Of a stretch of 64,000 bases of DNA, positions 17,542-25,713 are shown piece after piece. The number at the start of each line of letters is the position of its first letter. Positions within the stretch are counted from its first letter, which is position 1. A program made the position numbers and the translations under genes. Under the pieces are notes generated by a model. It did not search any database. It was given only the letters and a program-made list of their open reading frames with translations, and was not told the DNA's origin. The stretch comes from a virus. The stretch lies in the IMG/VR virus record IMGVR_UViG_3300036985_006248, positions 64,001 through 128,000 of that record; one strand, given 5' to 3'.

Positions 17542-17612
17542 TGACCCTAAGCGGTATCGATCCGCTGTTCAAGCCTTGAAAGGGCTTTGTTCTACCATTA
17601 AACTATAGGGCC
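17542..17612 (-). tRNA. tRNA-Glu(UUC)
   Basis: AAGCC-CT-TTC-AA-GGCTT. Confidence 0.85.
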
Positions 17613-17807
17613 AATTCTCTTTTTCAGCTTTTGATAATCATTGATGTACAACTGCATGCTCCGCTGGGTCATATAAACAATTCTTCCGGTATTCCACTCT
17701 ATGTCCCAATCATCATGTTCGTAATCATTACTGTTGTTCCAATTGTGTTTTCTAATGACCATGCCAACTTTACCAGAGAATACATCAAACAACATTGTTC
17801 CAATCAT
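17598..17807 (-). CDS. GDL-family paralogue (3' end overlaps tRNA-Glu)
   Basis: IGTML...VGMV...WDIEW. Confidence 0.6.
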   Translation of the reverse strand: MIGTMLFDVFSGKVGMVIRKHNWNNSNDYEHDDWDIEWNTGRIVYMTQRSMQLYINDYQKLKKRIGPIV

Positions 17808-17808
17808 A

Positions 17809-17880
17809 TGGGTTGTCTGGGAATCGAACCCAGTTCTATCGATTAAGAGCCGATTGCTTCACCACATAAGCTTACAACCC
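17809..17880 (-). tRNA. tRNA-Lys(CUU)
   Basis: ATCGG-CT-CTT-AA-TCGAT. Confidence 0.88.
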
Positions 17881-17899
17881 AAAACCGTATTGTCCATAA

Positions 17900-17986
17900 C
17901 GGAGTGAGGTGGATTTGAACCACCGATACTATTTCTAGTATGCAGATTTAGCAAACCTGTGCCTTAAGCCCCTCGGCCATCACTCC
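17900..17986 (-). tRNA. tRNA-Ser(GCU)
   Basis: CAGGT-TT-GCT-AA-ATCTG; long variable arm. Confidence 0.9.
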
Positions 17987-18074
17987 AACTAATGCAGTGC
18001 CGCTCTATCTTTTAAGCTACTCCCCCTTAGTCGTTTCTAATACCGTTCACATCTTCGGTTTATACTGCTAAAAA

Positions 18075-18151
18075 TGGTAGGGGATGTGGGATTCAAACCC
18101 ACGATCTTTCGCTCCCAAAGCGAACGCGATATCAGGCTTCGCTAATCCCCT
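18075..18151 (-). tRNA. tRNA-Pro(UGG), CCA encoded
   Basis: TTCGC-TT-TGG-GA-GCGAA. Confidence 0.88.
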
Positions 18152-18171
18152 ATATTATCAAACACTTAATG

Positions 18172-18243
18172 CTCCCAAGGTAAGATTCGAACTTACATAT
18201 TCAAAGTTAACAGCTTTGTCCTTTACCGTTAAGGTACTTGGGA
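18172..18243 (-). tRNA. tRNA-Asn(GUU)
   Basis: CAAAG-CT-GTT-AA-CTTTG. Confidence 0.88.
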
Positions 18244-18260
18244 ATACAACAACAAAAATG

Positions 18261-18386
18261 ACCTGAAAACTGGACTAGCATATCCTGCGATAACCTCGTC
18301 ACTCAAGCGCGCGGTGACCATGCGGTCGGGCGCTCTCAAGACAACAAGGTTCATGTATTCAGGACACCTTACCAGCTTTCTAAGGT
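18261..18386 (-). ncRNA. ~126-nt rod-like structured RNA within the tRNA cluster
   Basis: nested stems GAAAGCTGG/CCAGTTTTC, TGTCCTG/CAGGATA, AACCTTGTT/GACGAGGTT, GCGC/GCGC, GACC/GGTC. Confidence 0.55.
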
Positions 18387-18411
18387 GGGTGTGATCGGCA
18401 CCGCTTATTAG

Positions 18412-18498
18412 TGGGAGTGAAGGGAATCGAACCCCCTTATGCTTATTAGGCACGTCAGGTTTACAGCCTGATGTTCAGTCCAGTAGAACATCACTCCC
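18412..18498 (-). tRNA. tRNA-Tyr(GUA)
   Basis: TCAGG-CT-GTA-AA-CCTGA; long variable arm. Confidence 0.88.
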
Positions 18499-18558
18499 AT
18501 TATAAGATGTTTTTTTAATCTATTCAGTTTTCAAGTTGTCAAAGAACAAGCTATACTG

Positions 18559-18631
18559 TGGAACCTGTGGGAATCGAACCCACAACCTACTGATTAAAAG
18601 TCAGTTGCTCTGCCAATTGAGCTAAGGATCC
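18559..18631 (-). tRNA. tRNA-Lys(UUU)
   Basis: ACTGA-CT-TTT-AA-TCAGT. Confidence 0.9.
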
Positions 18632-18640
18632 ATACAACAT

Positions 18641-18714
18641 TTGCAGGGGTGGGATTTGAACCCACAACGGGGAGATTATGAGCCTCCTGAACTACCGGAT
18701 TGTTCTACCCTGCG
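18641..18714 (-). tRNA. tRNA-Met(CAU), initiator-like (C1:A72 mismatch)
   Basis: GGAGG-CT-CAT-AA-TCTCC; 5' CGCAGGG. Confidence 0.85.
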
Positions 18715-18728
18715 TTAATATTTAATTA

Positions 18729-18814
18729 TCGGCTCGCTAGGGATCGAACCTAGTCTGGACCCCAATCTAGGGTAAGGAAATTATAAGTCTCCCCCGCGTC
18801 CAACGCCCGAGCCG
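18729..18814 (-). tRNA. atypical tRNA-Ile(UAU) with minimal D loop and long variable arm
   Basis: acceptor CGGCTCG/CGAGCCG, anticodon arm GGAGA-CT-TAT-AA-TTTCC, T arm CTAGG-TTCGATC-CCTAG. Confidence 0.7.
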
Positions 18815-18847
18815 TTTTGTTTCTTGCTACTCACTGCTTCTTCATCA

Positions 18848-18876
18848 ATACTACACCCGTTTCGCTTCTACGTCTA
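18848..18876 (-). promoter_or_regulatory. promoter for the tRNA cluster
   Basis: TAGACG-N17-TAGTAT; a second one, TAGACG-N17-TAGAAT, lies at ~16835-16863. Confidence 0.7.
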
Positions 18877-19043
18877 CCACTTTCTTCACTTTCTTTTTCT
18901 ATTCTTTTGTGTAAAGCAACTGTACAGGCGGCTAGTATAGCACCAATATCTAGTGTTGTCTACTTCTTTTTTGATATTTTTTTTTATACCCGCTCTAAAC
19001 GGCAGCACGGTGCTGCCGGGTCATGCAACTAAAAAGGCGGCGC

Positions 19044-19709
19044 TTAGCCGGTCGTCGCCAGCTTGTTAACGATGCTGTCACGATAAAACAGCAACTCACT
19101 TTCAGCAACATTCTGAAGCTCTGCTTCTCCAACAATGTTGATTGTGTAACACCTGCTGCCCTTTGCCCAACTAGCGGGCATGCCTACTTCAACAACAGTT
19201 GACAGGAAGTAACAACCATGTTTCTTGTATACAACAAGCTGTCCCCTCTTATACTTAGCAGCAACCTTATGCTGATTGATATATTTTACTGCATACTTGT
19301 TTTCACACACAGACTTATATTCAGCCTCTGTGGGAATATATTTGGGATCCTTCGCTTTCCTAATGGCATAGCCATAATAAGGAGTAGTTGAATAATACTC
19401 GGTAAGAGTCTTCCAATTGGTAGCAAGCTCATGATTCCAAGCAGCCAACCAACTATCACGCGCAGCAATTGCGGCACCATCATATCGCTGCTCGACCTTG
19501 AGCATGGTATCATATTGCCCTTTGGTCAAGCTCTTATACTTCTGGAATCCTTCTTTGATAGAGGTGAGAAAGTTCTTTTCCCAATCGTTGATAAGACCAT
19601 TACTAAGCAGAATATCAATGCGTGCCGGAATGGTTGCGTCTGCCACCTTTTCTACTGGGGTGTTATAGCGGTGGACGTTCATGCAGTTCATTCTCCATGT
19701 CGAGGTCAT
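19044..19709 (-). CDS. hypothetical early protein, possibly leaderless, with C-terminal SH3/Tudor-like segment
   Basis: TTGACG-N17-TAGTAT-N6-ATG; YKRGQLVVY. Confidence 0.75.
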   Translation of the reverse strand: MTSTWRMNCMNVHRYNTPVEKVADATIPARIDILLSNGLINDWEKNFLTSIKEGFQKYKSLTKGQYDTMLKVEQRYDGAAIAARDSWLAAWNHELATNWKTLTEYYSTTPYYGYAIRKAKDPKYIPTEAEYKSVCENKYAVKYINQHKVAAKYKRGQLVVYKKHGCYFLSTVVEVGMPASWAKGSRCYTINIVGEAELQNVAESELLFYRDSIVNKLATTG

Positions 19710-19747
19710 ACACTGATACTAGCAGGGAAGTCGTTAGTCGTCAACAA

Positions 19748-19996
19748 CTATTTGGGTACAGACTTAATATACTCGGTGGCTGGTATCCAACGCCCCTGAC
19801 GTATAAGAGTCAATATTCTGGTACCAGTCATTTGCCGACTTGTTTTACTAGTGAGTCGTTGATTACAATATTCTACGTCCATCATCCAAGATTTGCCAGT
19901 TCTCCATAAACTAGTTATATATACTAAGTCGTTTCTTCTCACCGACCAGAACAAGCAACCAATATACTTTCTATACTTTTTCTCGGTTGGAGTCAT
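19748..19996 (-). CDS. GDL-family-like paralogue (KYRKYIG subtype)
   Basis: KKYRKYIGCLF...DVEY. Confidence 0.6.
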   Translation of the reverse strand: MTPTEKKYRKYIGCLFWSVRRNDLVYITSLWRTGKSWMMDVEYCNQRLTSKTSRQMTGTRILTLIRQGRWIPATEYIKSVPK

Positions 19997-20159
19997 TGGG
20001 GTTGTCTTGGAATTCGTCTGTATGCCAAATCTGTTTCATCGCTGTATCTGGGGCACACTCAAAACAGAAAATCGTTTCATGCAACTCATCGATTGGAACA
20101 AAGACAAAATCATCTTCAAGACCTGCCTTGTCACAATTGCTGCACCTCCACAAACTCAT
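19971..20159 (-). CDS. small Zn-finger protein (CSNC...CFEC)
   Basis: AAGGA SD before ATG 20159. Confidence 0.6.
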   Translation of the reverse strand: MSLWRCSNCDKAGLEDDFVFVPIDELHETIFCFECAPDTAMKQIWHTDEFQDNPNDSNREKV

Positions 20160-20250
20160 ATTGTTTTCCTTGTAAGTGTTGCCGAAACTAAAGACAGAAG
20201 CGGGTGTCAGTTGGGAGCAGCCCGCTTCTGTCACTATCGCTGCTCCATCA

Positions 20251-20580
20251 TCAGGCAACGGAACTAACAGCCTGCTCCGCTGACTCGATTTGTTCAGCAG
20301 CGCCAACCTCAACTGCCGCCTTCGCCTTCTTCGCCGCGTGCTCAGACCGCTTCAAGACGATATCCGAACCCGGCAGGGCAAGACCACCGTTGCGCCCGCG
20401 AAGGCCAAGCAACACACCCGACCCCTTCAACTCGTCAACCACATCAAGCACATCAATGCCGAACTTCTCGGTGAGGAAATGCGACGGGCAGGGACGCTTG
20501 TTATCAGCAACGAAGACAGAAACCGCAGCGAGAACGTCCGACTTGGAAACGGCAACAACAGTGTTAGTAGCGGTAGTCAT
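20251..20580 (-). CDS. winged-helix (Rrf2-like wing) DNA-binding protein
   Basis: LKGSGVLLGLRGRNGG; own promoter TTGACG-N17-TAGTAT. Confidence 0.6.
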   Translation of the reverse strand: MTTATNTVVAVSKSDVLAAVSVFVADNKRPCPSHFLTEKFGIDVLDVVDELKGSGVLLGLRGRNGGLALPGSDIVLKRSEHAAKKAKAAVEVGAAEQIESAEQAVSSVA

Positions 20581-20699
20581 ATTGTTTGTGTCCTTAGATG
20601 GAGTGAACAGCGTTTGGTTGGGGGTTGAACTTCCTACTTCGCCTCGACTTCTGATATCCATACTATTCTACTTTCTGCCTTACGTCAACATCTTTTTTT

Positions 20700-21017
20700 C
20701 TATTCCGGCTCTTTTCCACTAAGGTCAACGGGTCTATGCAAAAAGCCTTGACATGGTATATTCTTGGTGCCTTCGCTGCTCCATCCGGTACAACGCATAC
20801 GCACTTTTTCTCTATCTGCACAAACAAGCATCAAGCGATAACGATAAATTCTGCCACCGCGATAGATACCAGTAATCATTGAAATGGCATATTCTGGAAC
20901 ATACCGTTCTAATGTATTATCCCAAACAGCATATTTATGCCAATGCAACATGCCCACTCGCTTACCATATTCCCTCGCTGTGGCTGAAGTCTTTGTCTTT
21001 TTGTCTTTCGCGTCCAT
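20700..21017 (-). CDS. hypothetical protein (GDL-family-like), leaderless
   Basis: ATG 7 nt after TAATAT; YGKRVGML...MITGI...Y. Confidence 0.55.
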   Translation of the reverse strand: MDAKDKKTKTSATAREYGKRVGMLHWHKYAVWDNTLERYVPEYAISMITGIYRGGRIYRYRLMLVCADREKVRMRCTGWSSEGTKNIPCQGFLHRPVDLSGKEPE

Positions 21018-21104
21018 GAAAACCATATTACCACAACGATGGGTTAAGTCGAATGATTCTTTCTTATGCCCTTCTGCCCCACTATTAGTTCTTTTCACTT
21101 GACC

Positions 21105-21163
21105 CGGCAGCTGGATATGATATAATAGGGGATTTGTCTTCCACGTATCATATCCAGCCGCCG
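21105..21163. repeat. 18-bp inverted repeat containing the GGC(A/G)GCTGG motif
   Basis: CGGCAGCTGGATATGATA ... TATCATATCCAGCCGCCG. Confidence 0.75.
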
Positions 21164-21222
21164 CAGATCATACATATATCAGGAAGGGCGTCTATCATTA
21201 CCGCCCTTCCAACCTATACTAT

Positions 21223-22440
21223 TTAATCAACAGCAATCACGCGCTCATGGGTCTTGAAAGGCATACCATTCAGGCAATCCCTTGTAGTCATCCACATACG
21301 CTGACACTTGCTGCTGACAGGTTTCTCAGCCTGCATATCAGTCAAGACAATATGACCGTCAAACGACTGCTCATTGACATACTTAGTCGGAGCATTGAAG
21401 TCAGTACCGCCATGCTTGACACGCTCTTTCTTCTTATTCATACCCTTCTTCCAAGTGTAGACAAGCTCCTTAGCGACCTCAGTATCGAAAGGAATAACAG
21501 TGAACGTTGCAATCTTTGCAAGGTTATTCAACTCAGAGAAGAAAGACTCAAGCATCTGGTCAGACACAGAGCCAGACTGGTCGATGCTAATAGCAATCTT
21601 AGCATGACGGAGAACCTTCTTACCCGGATGAATATAAGCATACCGCTTATTGATACGCTTGACAGTCGAGGTCTTCGCAGACCGCTGCGAAGTCTTGATG
21701 AAATAGCGCAGGACAGAACGCCAATCAATCTTGCCGCTAATCCTGTCCATGATATCCTTGCGGACACTCTGGGACACAGTACCCCAACCTTGCGAAGACT
21801 TGTTGGCTTGGTCTGCCGCGTCACGCATCATTTCACGCAGGCGTTCCTTTGCCATTTCACGCAAGGTAGGGTCCAACTTCTCAGCATTCTCACCCCAACC
21901 ACTATGGTCGTCAAACGAGTCACCCTCGCCTTCACCATCTTCACCCGGCTCACCTTTGCCCTTGTCCTTGTCTCCCTTGCTCTTGTTGTCATCGGTCAGC
22001 TTGTTGTAATACCATTCGGCGCTCTCATAGAGAGGATAATCAGCGAATGGACCAACACCCGGCACACAAGCAATAGCAGGAAGCTCAGAGGCAATAAAGC
22101 TATTAATTGCAAGGTCGGCAGCAATATTCCACTTCTTAGTCATCTTGCCTTCTGGCATACGCTCAGTGACGTGACCCAAGACAAGATGATAAAACTCATG
22201 CTTGAGAACACCTGCGCGCTGCTCTCGCGTCAGCTTGTGAAAGAAGGAAGGGTTGTAAAGCATTTCAAAATGACCTTCGCTGGTAATACGAACGCCAGCG
22301 GTGGGCAGATTGGTCGAGGAACGCTTCTCGACATGACGAGAAATCTCTGCAAAGAAAGGCTCACTCTGCAAAAGGTTGTAGACGTAAATGTCAAGGTCAA
22401 ACGACTCAGCGATGACGGATTCAGTAACTTCGTTGCTCAT
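21223..22440 (-). CDS. metallopeptidase-like + VWA domain protein (DUF2201 type)
   Basis: HEFYH, NIAADLAIN, MIDAS DQSGS, GGTDF, LTD. Confidence 0.85.
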   Translation of the reverse strand: MSNEVTESVIAESFDLDIYVYNLLQSEPFFAEISRHVEKRSSTNLPTAGVRITSEGHFEMLYNPSFFHKLTREQRAGVLKHEFYHLVLGHVTERMPEGKMTKKWNIAADLAINSFIASELPAIACVPGVGPFADYPLYESAEWYYNKLTDDNKSKGDKDKGKGEPGEDGEGEGDSFDDHSGWGENAEKLDPTLREMAKERLREMMRDAADQANKSSQGWGTVSQSVRKDIMDRISGKIDWRSVLRYFIKTSQRSAKTSTVKRINKRYAYIHPGKKVLRHAKIAISIDQSGSVSDQMLESFFSELNNLAKIATFTVIPFDTEVAKELVYTWKKGMNKKKERVKHGGTDFNAPTKYVNEQSFDGHIVLTDMQAEKPVSSKCQRMWMTTRDCLNGMPFKTHERVIAVD

Positions 22441-22511
22441 TGGTGGAACCTCCTACTGCGAGTGATAGACCTATTATGCCAGAAGACGCAGGGAAGTCCA
22501 ATGAAAGGTAC

Positions 22512-22835
22512 TTATACTGGGCTTGCCCACCGACGTCGCTTTTTCATAGCTTCTTCGCTTGACATGGGCGGCTGGTTATGATATGATGCCGCGCTCACTG
22601 GTATTGCCTGCTTATCAAACAGCTTAGAAGATACATTCTGGTTATGTCGCATTACTTCTGGATGATTCAAATACTCTACTTGGTAATGCCACCAACCACT
22701 AATCTTTTTCACATCAACAGGCATTACAAGTATCTCAGTCGTTACAAACTCTCCTGTGGCACTTATAAATCTCCTACCGTTCATAATAAAAAGCTTACCA
22801 ATGTTCTTTCTGTATTTATCCTCTACTGTAGACAT
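22512..22835 (-). CDS. GDL-family-like paralogue (KYRKNIG subtype)
   Basis: KYRKNIGKLF...YQVEY. Confidence 0.6.
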   Translation of the reverse strand: MSTVEDKYRKNIGKLFIMNGRRFISATGEFVTTEILVMPVDVKKISGWWHYQVEYLNHPEVMRHNQNVSSKLFDKQAIPVSAASYHNQPPMSSEEAMKKRRRWASPV

Positions 22836-22877
22836 TCCTTTTGAGTCTCCGCGCTATATGAAATGATTGCACAAACA

Positions 22878-22910
22878 ACAAAAAGCAGGGGAGTGTGTTC
22901 TTCCCCTGCT
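22878..22910 (-). terminator. intrinsic terminator
   Basis: AGCAGGGGA...TCCCCTGCT followed by a T tract. Confidence 0.7.
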
Positions 22911-22919
22911 CAAAGGCTA

Positions 22920-23975
22920 TCACTTCTTGGCAGGAGTGCTAGGATTCAGAATCTGAATGATACGGTCAGACAGACGGTCATGAATGCGAACCGTGTTCTT
23001 GACGTTCTCACCAGACACCTGACGCCAGAATTTCATGCACACTTCGCTAGGCATGGTGAGCACATACGCGCACACAGCAGCCAGCTTGTTATCGGGCAGT
23101 TCATTCTTGAACAGACCAGAAGCGATAAGCTTGTCAGCCATACCAGTGTGGTCGTTGATGCCCCACTGAGCAGTCTTCTCAAGACGACCCTCAAAGATAT
23201 CATCAACAGTCACCTGACGCTCATACTTGTCAACGAAGTCGCGGAAGGCAACCGCAGCTTCAAAGCCAAGGAAAGCACACCCGACCTCATAGGTCGAAGA
23301 CAAGTGAGCCTTTGCATCGTTGCCAAGGAAGGCGGCAGCAGTGACGCACTCGTTGAACCGCGCCCAGCTACGGCGCGAAGGATACACCTTATTGGGTTCA
23401 AACTCTCCCTTGTGCTCAAGGTGCCCGCGATTCTGGTTGATGAAATCCCAGATGATACCATCGCAGTTGGTCTTCGCCCAAGCAAGCCAATCCTCGACAG
23501 AAGGCTCAAGGTCGAAGGTGGTCCAACGGTCAAGCTCTGCCGGGTCCATTTCGCCAACCTGATACTGCGCGCCGTGGGCACCACCATTGACAGCGGCGAA
23601 GATGATAGTATCAGGGTGCAGAGTGTGACCGTTCAGCTTGCGCGAGTCGGTCAATTCAAAGATGCCCTGACGGACCTCAAGAGTAGCACGGTCAACCTCG
23701 TCAAGAAAGAGCACACGCCCATGGTCGCAGCAATCCTTAAACCAGTCAGGCGGATTGAAGCGGGTCGAGTTACCCTCGACAGACGGCAAACCAATAAGGT
23801 CACCTTCCGTCATCTGCGAGGCGCGGCGCTCAACAACACGCATGCCCACAGAAGCCGCATACTGATAGACAGTCTCACTCTTACCAAGACCGTGACGACC
23901 GCGAATCAGTACAGGCTTCTTGACAGCAGTGATGAAAGGAACAATCTTGAGAAAGGTCTTAAAGTCAACGGCCAT
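22920..23975 (-). CDS. MoxR-like AAA+ ATPase
   Basis: Walker A GRHGLGKS, Walker B LFLDEVDR, MDPAELDRW. Confidence 0.88.
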   Translation of the reverse strand: MAVDFKTFLKIVPFITAVKKPVLIRGRHGLGKSETVYQYAASVGMRVVERRASQMTEGDLIGLPSVEGNSTRFNPPDWFKDCCDHGRVLFLDEVDRATLEVRQGIFELTDSRKLNGHTLHPDTIIFAAVNGGAHGAQYQVGEMDPAELDRWTTFDLEPSVEDWLAWAKTNCDGIIWDFINQNRGHLEHKGEFEPNKVYPSRRSWARFNECVTAAAFLGNDAKAHLSSTYEVGCAFLGFEAAVAFRDFVDKYERQVTVDDIFEGRLEKTAQWGINDHTGMADKLIASGLFKNELPDNKLAAVCAYVLTMPSEVCMKFWRQVSGENVKNTVRIHDRLSDRIIQILNPSTPAKK

Positions 23976-24048
23976 GTGTGTTACCTCGGTGTTCAGCGAG
24001 TTATGGATAGATACTACAGGAGGTTCGGCTTTACGTCAACATCTATTT

Positions 24049-24669
24049 TTAACTTCTACGCGACCTCTTTCCCTTGAAGATATTTTCAATGCCGCTGGAA
24101 CCGTCAAGCCAATTCTTAGGGACGCTAGCGCGAATTTCGTCTGCGGGGCGGCGCGTCAAGACTCTGACACCGTGGTCCTCATTTGCTTTATTCTTCGCGT
24201 TGACAGCGTTCGCTCGGAATGAATAACCGTATGAACTGTTACTGGTAAGGCCACGTCCCATAAGCGGACGTGAATAACAATTTTTTGATTGAATGTCATC
24301 CCAGCTAATAGATTCAAGTAGATACAGGTCGTCAGAAGCCAACCCTTCCAATGTATCAAAGTCTTGGACTACACCACCGAGGTTCTTGTAATATTTGTCA
24401 TAGAGGGTAATCAATGAACCAACCCCTAAACCATTCTCAGCCATATTATCAAGCACTCGCGCTCTGAATGCGGCGTTTTCCTTGATATAGTTAATCTTGT
24501 TGCCTTTGAGAACAATACAGGTGGGTCGGGTATGACCAGAGTCCCCGCAGTAACTACAGGTACGCACCTTAGCGGTCAGCTTGGTAATAGCCTTTTGTTC
24601 TGGCGTGAGCAGGTGGCAGGTACGTCTGTTATGACCCTTAGCTCCACAATATCTGCAATGTCGCATCAT
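24049..24669 (-). CDS. protein with two CCHC zinc knuckles
   Basis: CRYCGAKGHNRRTC and CSYCGDSGHTRPTC. Confidence 0.75.
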   Translation of the reverse strand: MMRHCRYCGAKGHNRRTCHLLTPEQKAITKLTAKVRTCSYCGDSGHTRPTCIVLKGNKINYIKENAAFRARVLDNMAENGLGVGSLITLYDKYYKNLGGVVQDFDTLEGLASDDLYLLESISWDDIQSKNCYSRPLMGRGLTSNSSYGYSFRANAVNAKNKANEDHGVRVLTRRPADEIRASVPKNWLDGSSGIENIFKGKRSRRS

Positions 24670-24720
24670 GATATAAGCCCGTTCCCTTCTTGACTGCGCG
24701 GTTCCCCTACTGATATACCT

Positions 24721-24775
24721 ATAATACACCCACCTTGCCCACACGTCCACATCTTTTTGCATGAACAGTTCTAAT
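24721..24775 (-). promoter_or_regulatory. sigma70-type early promoter
   Basis: AGAACTGTTCATGC...TGGACG-N17-TATTAT. Confidence 0.7.
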
Positions 24776-24842
24776 CGATGCCCTCGTGCCTATTAGCCTT
24801 TTTTACTAGGACATGGCGGCTAGCTATGATATGGTGGATAAT

Positions 24843-24899
24843 TTATCCATTTAGCCCAGACCCAGACCCAGACCAAATAAAGCAGCGAGTAATTCTCAC
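24843..24899 (-). CDS. Ser-X peptide 4 (MRITRCFIWSGSGSGLNG)
   Basis: GTG overlapping the previous TGA; same leader as peptides 1-3. Confidence 0.5.
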   Translation of the reverse strand: MRITRCFIWSGSGSGLNG

Positions 24900-24991
24900 G
24901 TTTCACCAGACCCAGACCAAGACCCAGACCAAGACCAAGACCAAGACCCAGACCTAGACCTAGACCAAATAAAGCAGCGAGTAATTCTCAC
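24896..24991 (-). CDS. Ser-X peptide 3 (31 aa)
   Basis: MRITRCFIW-(S[RGW])9-SGET; GTGA coupling. Confidence 0.6.
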   Translation of the reverse strand: MRITRCFIWSRSRSGSWSWSWSGSWSGSGET

Positions 24992-25215
24992 GTTTCACCA
25001 GACCAAGACCTAGACCCAGACCAAGACCAAGACCAAGACCTAGACCAAGACCCAGACCCAGACCTAGACCAAGACCCAGACCTAGACCCAGACCTAGACC
25101 AAGACCCAGACCAAGACCCAGACCAAGACCCAGACCAAGACCCAGACCTAGACCCAGACCTAGACCAAGACCCAGACCAAGACCCAGACCAAATAAAGCA
25201 GCGAGTAATTCTCAC
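24988..25215 (-). CDS. Ser-X peptide 2 (75 aa)
   Basis: MRITRCFIW-(S[RGW])31-SGET; GTGA coupling. Confidence 0.65.
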   Translation of the reverse strand: MRITRCFIWSGSWSGSWSRSGSRSGSWSGSWSGSWSGSWSRSGSRSGSWSRSGSGSWSRSWSWSWSGSRSWSGET

Positions 25216-25403
25216 GTTTCACCAGACCCAGACCAAGACCCAGACCTAGACCCAGACCTAGACCAAGACCAAGACCCAGACCCAGACCCAGACCCAGACC
25301 CAGACCTAGACCCAGACCTAGACCCAGACCAAGACCCAGACCCAGACCCAGACCAAGACCCAGACCTAGACCAAATAAAGCAGCGAGTAATTCTCATTGT
25401 CAC
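25212..25403 (-). CDS. Ser-X peptide 1 (63 aa)
   Basis: MTMRITRCFIW-(S[RGW])24-SGET; GTGA coupling to the upstream gene. Confidence 0.65.
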   Translation of the reverse strand: MTMRITRCFIWSRSGSWSGSGSGSWSGSRSGSRSGSGSGSGSGSWSWSRSGSRSGSWSGSGET

Positions 25404-25684
25404 TTCATGCGGATAAGTGCAGTGCCGCCTCGGTCAATAACCATTTCAAAAGCGCCTTCATGCTTCTGAACATCTTTCCCTTTGCCTGAGAAAAACTCCT
25501 TGTAGGTGCCGCTTTCGTAAACAGTGGCGGTATCAGTAAAGACAAACACTGTTCCGGTAACAGAATTCAATGTACCAGTATAGTGCAAAGTAGGAGTGCG
25601 AATATAATACTTAGCGCCAATCTTAAAGATTCCTTCTGACAATTCACCATCAGCAGCGACTTCGCGGGCATCATTGACGTTCAT
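25400..25684 (-). CDS. small beta-rich (Sm-like?) protein heading the Ser-X operon
   Basis: FKIGAKYYIRTPTLHYTGTL...; AAGGA SD. Confidence 0.75.
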   Translation of the reverse strand: MNVNDAREVAADGELSEGIFKIGAKYYIRTPTLHYTGTLNSVTGTVFVFTDTATVYESGTYKEFFSGKGKDVQKHEGAFEMVIDRGGTALIRMK

Positions 25685-25713
25685 GTGTTTTCCTTTGGTT
25701 AGTTACTTAAGAC

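Larger units (their letters stand above)
24855..25396. repeat. composite repeat: AGACC(A/C/T) hexamer tracts punctuated by 4 copies of CCAAATAAAGCAGCGAGTAATTCTCA
   Basis: read directly from the sequence. Confidence 0.95.

Noticed and set aside
18261-18386. SRP RNA or tmRNA
   Set aside because: It lacks the SRP domain IV motif, is too short for tmRNA, and has no tRNA-like ends or tag ORF.
21247-24077. Long plus-strand ORFs of 444 and 404 aa
   Set aside because: They are antisense shadows of the VWA and MoxR genes caused by codon bias; no motifs or SD. The same applies to the other plus-strand ORFs in the track.
24855-25396. CRISPR array (constant repeat with variable spacers)
   Set aside because: The 'spacers' are hexamer microsatellites of very unequal length, the constant part encodes a stop/start junction and leader peptide, and there are no cas genes in the window.
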